Source of the DNA: Candidatus Hydrogenedentota bacterium
Lineage (GTDB): Bacteria > Hydrogenedentota > Hydrogenedentia > Hydrogenedentales > SLHB01
Length of the DNA: 64,000 bases
Direction of reading: 5' to 3'
NCBI GenBank assembly: GCA_963745075.1
Contig: CAVUWV010000010.1
Location: 288,001-352,000 of the forward strand
The position numbers were made by a program, and so were the translations under genes. The notes under the pieces are model-generated. The model had not been told where the DNA came from. It saw only the letters and a program-made list of their open reading frames with translations, and made no database searches. Below, piece after piece: positions 63,126 through 64,000 of the stretch (its first letter is position 1; the number at the start of each line of letters is the position of its first letter).

Positions 63126-64000
63126 TCACTGCGCCAGCGGGTGCAGCAGCTTCTGGGTCTCGGGGTCGTTGAGGTTTTCCTTCGTGATGACTTCCACGCC
63201 GGTGTCGATGCGTTTTTCGACAGGTTCGCCCTTGAGATGGTCGTAGGCGGACTTCACGCCGAGGTAACCCATCTTGAACGGGTTCTGGACGATCAGCGCA
63301 TGGATCGTGCCCTTTTCGAGGGCGGTGATCTCGTCCGGCGACGCGTCGAAGGCGACGATCTTGAACTCGCCGCCGCGCCCCGCAGCCTCCACGGCCTGGA
63401 CTGCACCGATGGCCGCCGGTTCGTTGGTCGCGAACAAGCCTTTCATATCGGGGTGCGCGGTCAGCATGTCTTCGGTAACGTTCATGGCCTTGGCGACGTC
63501 GCTCTGGCAATACTGCGTATCCACCAACTTCACGTTGGGAAACGCGGCGATTCCCTTCTTAAACCCTTCCTCGCGCAGTTCCGAGGTCGCGGCGCCTTTC
63601 ACAAAGGGGATGAGCCCGACCGGGCCTTCCTCGCCGATGGCGTGGGCCAGTTCTTGGGCGGCCGCTTCAGCCCCGGCGATGTTGTCGGTCGCCACAAAGG
63701 AGACGGGCAAATCCGAATTCACGCCGGAGTCGATGGTCACGACGGGAATGCCCTTCTCTTCGGCGCGCTTGATCACATCAACGAGCGCATCCTGATCGCA
63801 GGCCGCCATTACAATGGCGTTAACGCCCCGGCCGATCATGTCTTCGACGATGTTAATCTGCTTGACAACGTCCGTTTCCTTCTCCGGCCCAATCCAGATG
63901 ATGTCGATGCCGAATTCCTTACCCGCCTCGTCGGCGCCCTTTTTCACCGTCAACCAGAACTGATGGGTAAGCCCCTTGGGAATGACCGCAAACGTCAGCT
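63126..64000 (-). CDS. Sugar ABC transporter substrate-binding protein (RbsB-like), 5' end outside window
   Basis: IPKG..HQFW, IPVVTIDS, VATDN, IVQNPFKMGY, IDTGV. Confidence 0.9.
   Translation of the reverse strand, partial: LTFAVIPKGLTHQFWLTVKKGADEAGKEFGIDIIWIGPEKETDVVKQINIVEDMIGRGVNAIVMAACDQDALVDVIKRAEEKGIPVVTIDSGVNSDLPVSFVATDNIAGAEAAAQELAHAIGEEGPVGLIPFVKGAATSELREEGFKKGIAAFPNVKLVDTQYCQSDVAKAMNVTEDMLTAHPDMKGLFATNEPAAIGAVQAVEAAGRGGEFKIVAFDASPDEITALEKGTIHALIVQNPFKMGYLGVKSAYDHLKGEPVEKRIDTGVEVITKENLNDPETQKLLHPLAQ

Overview
GC-rich (~60%) bacterial chromosomal window. Gene content (DUF1559 prepilin-like protein, ECF sigma fused to carboxypeptidase-regulatory domains, several secreted glycoside-hydrolase-like proteins, Tat Gfo/Idh/MocA) suggests a Hydrogenedentes/PVC-like organism; this is inference. 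Housekeeping and metabolic genes include moaA/moaC/mobA/moaD, thpR, pcm, rsgA, clpP, xylA, G1P dehydrogenase, an ALDH-GMC cluster, a hybrid histidine kinase and tRNA-Ser(GGA). An accessory patch (3.8-12.3 kb) carries a HEPN protein, an NHL/Ig surface protein, ORF6N and toxin-antitoxin remnants. Intergenic DNA is dense with several palindromic REP/REPIN/MITE-like families, and there is a REP-flanked Y1 (RAYT-like) transposase. The best-supported finding is a complete IS110-family (IS1111-type) element at 35851-37443. Its core, sub-terminal inverted repeats, circle-junction promoter, palindromic target and four candidate bridge-RNA guide segments can all be read from the sequence. Other highlights: a PspA/ESCRT-III-like gene paired with a AAA ATPase, a ~450-bp palindromic-repeat insertion that stays open in frame inside a glycoside hydrolase gene, an ORF6N gene whose internal palindrome is copied just upstream, and a methyltransferase bracketed by a duplicated clpP 3' end. 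Many single-base frameshifts, several in short homopolymers, look like long-read sequencing errors.
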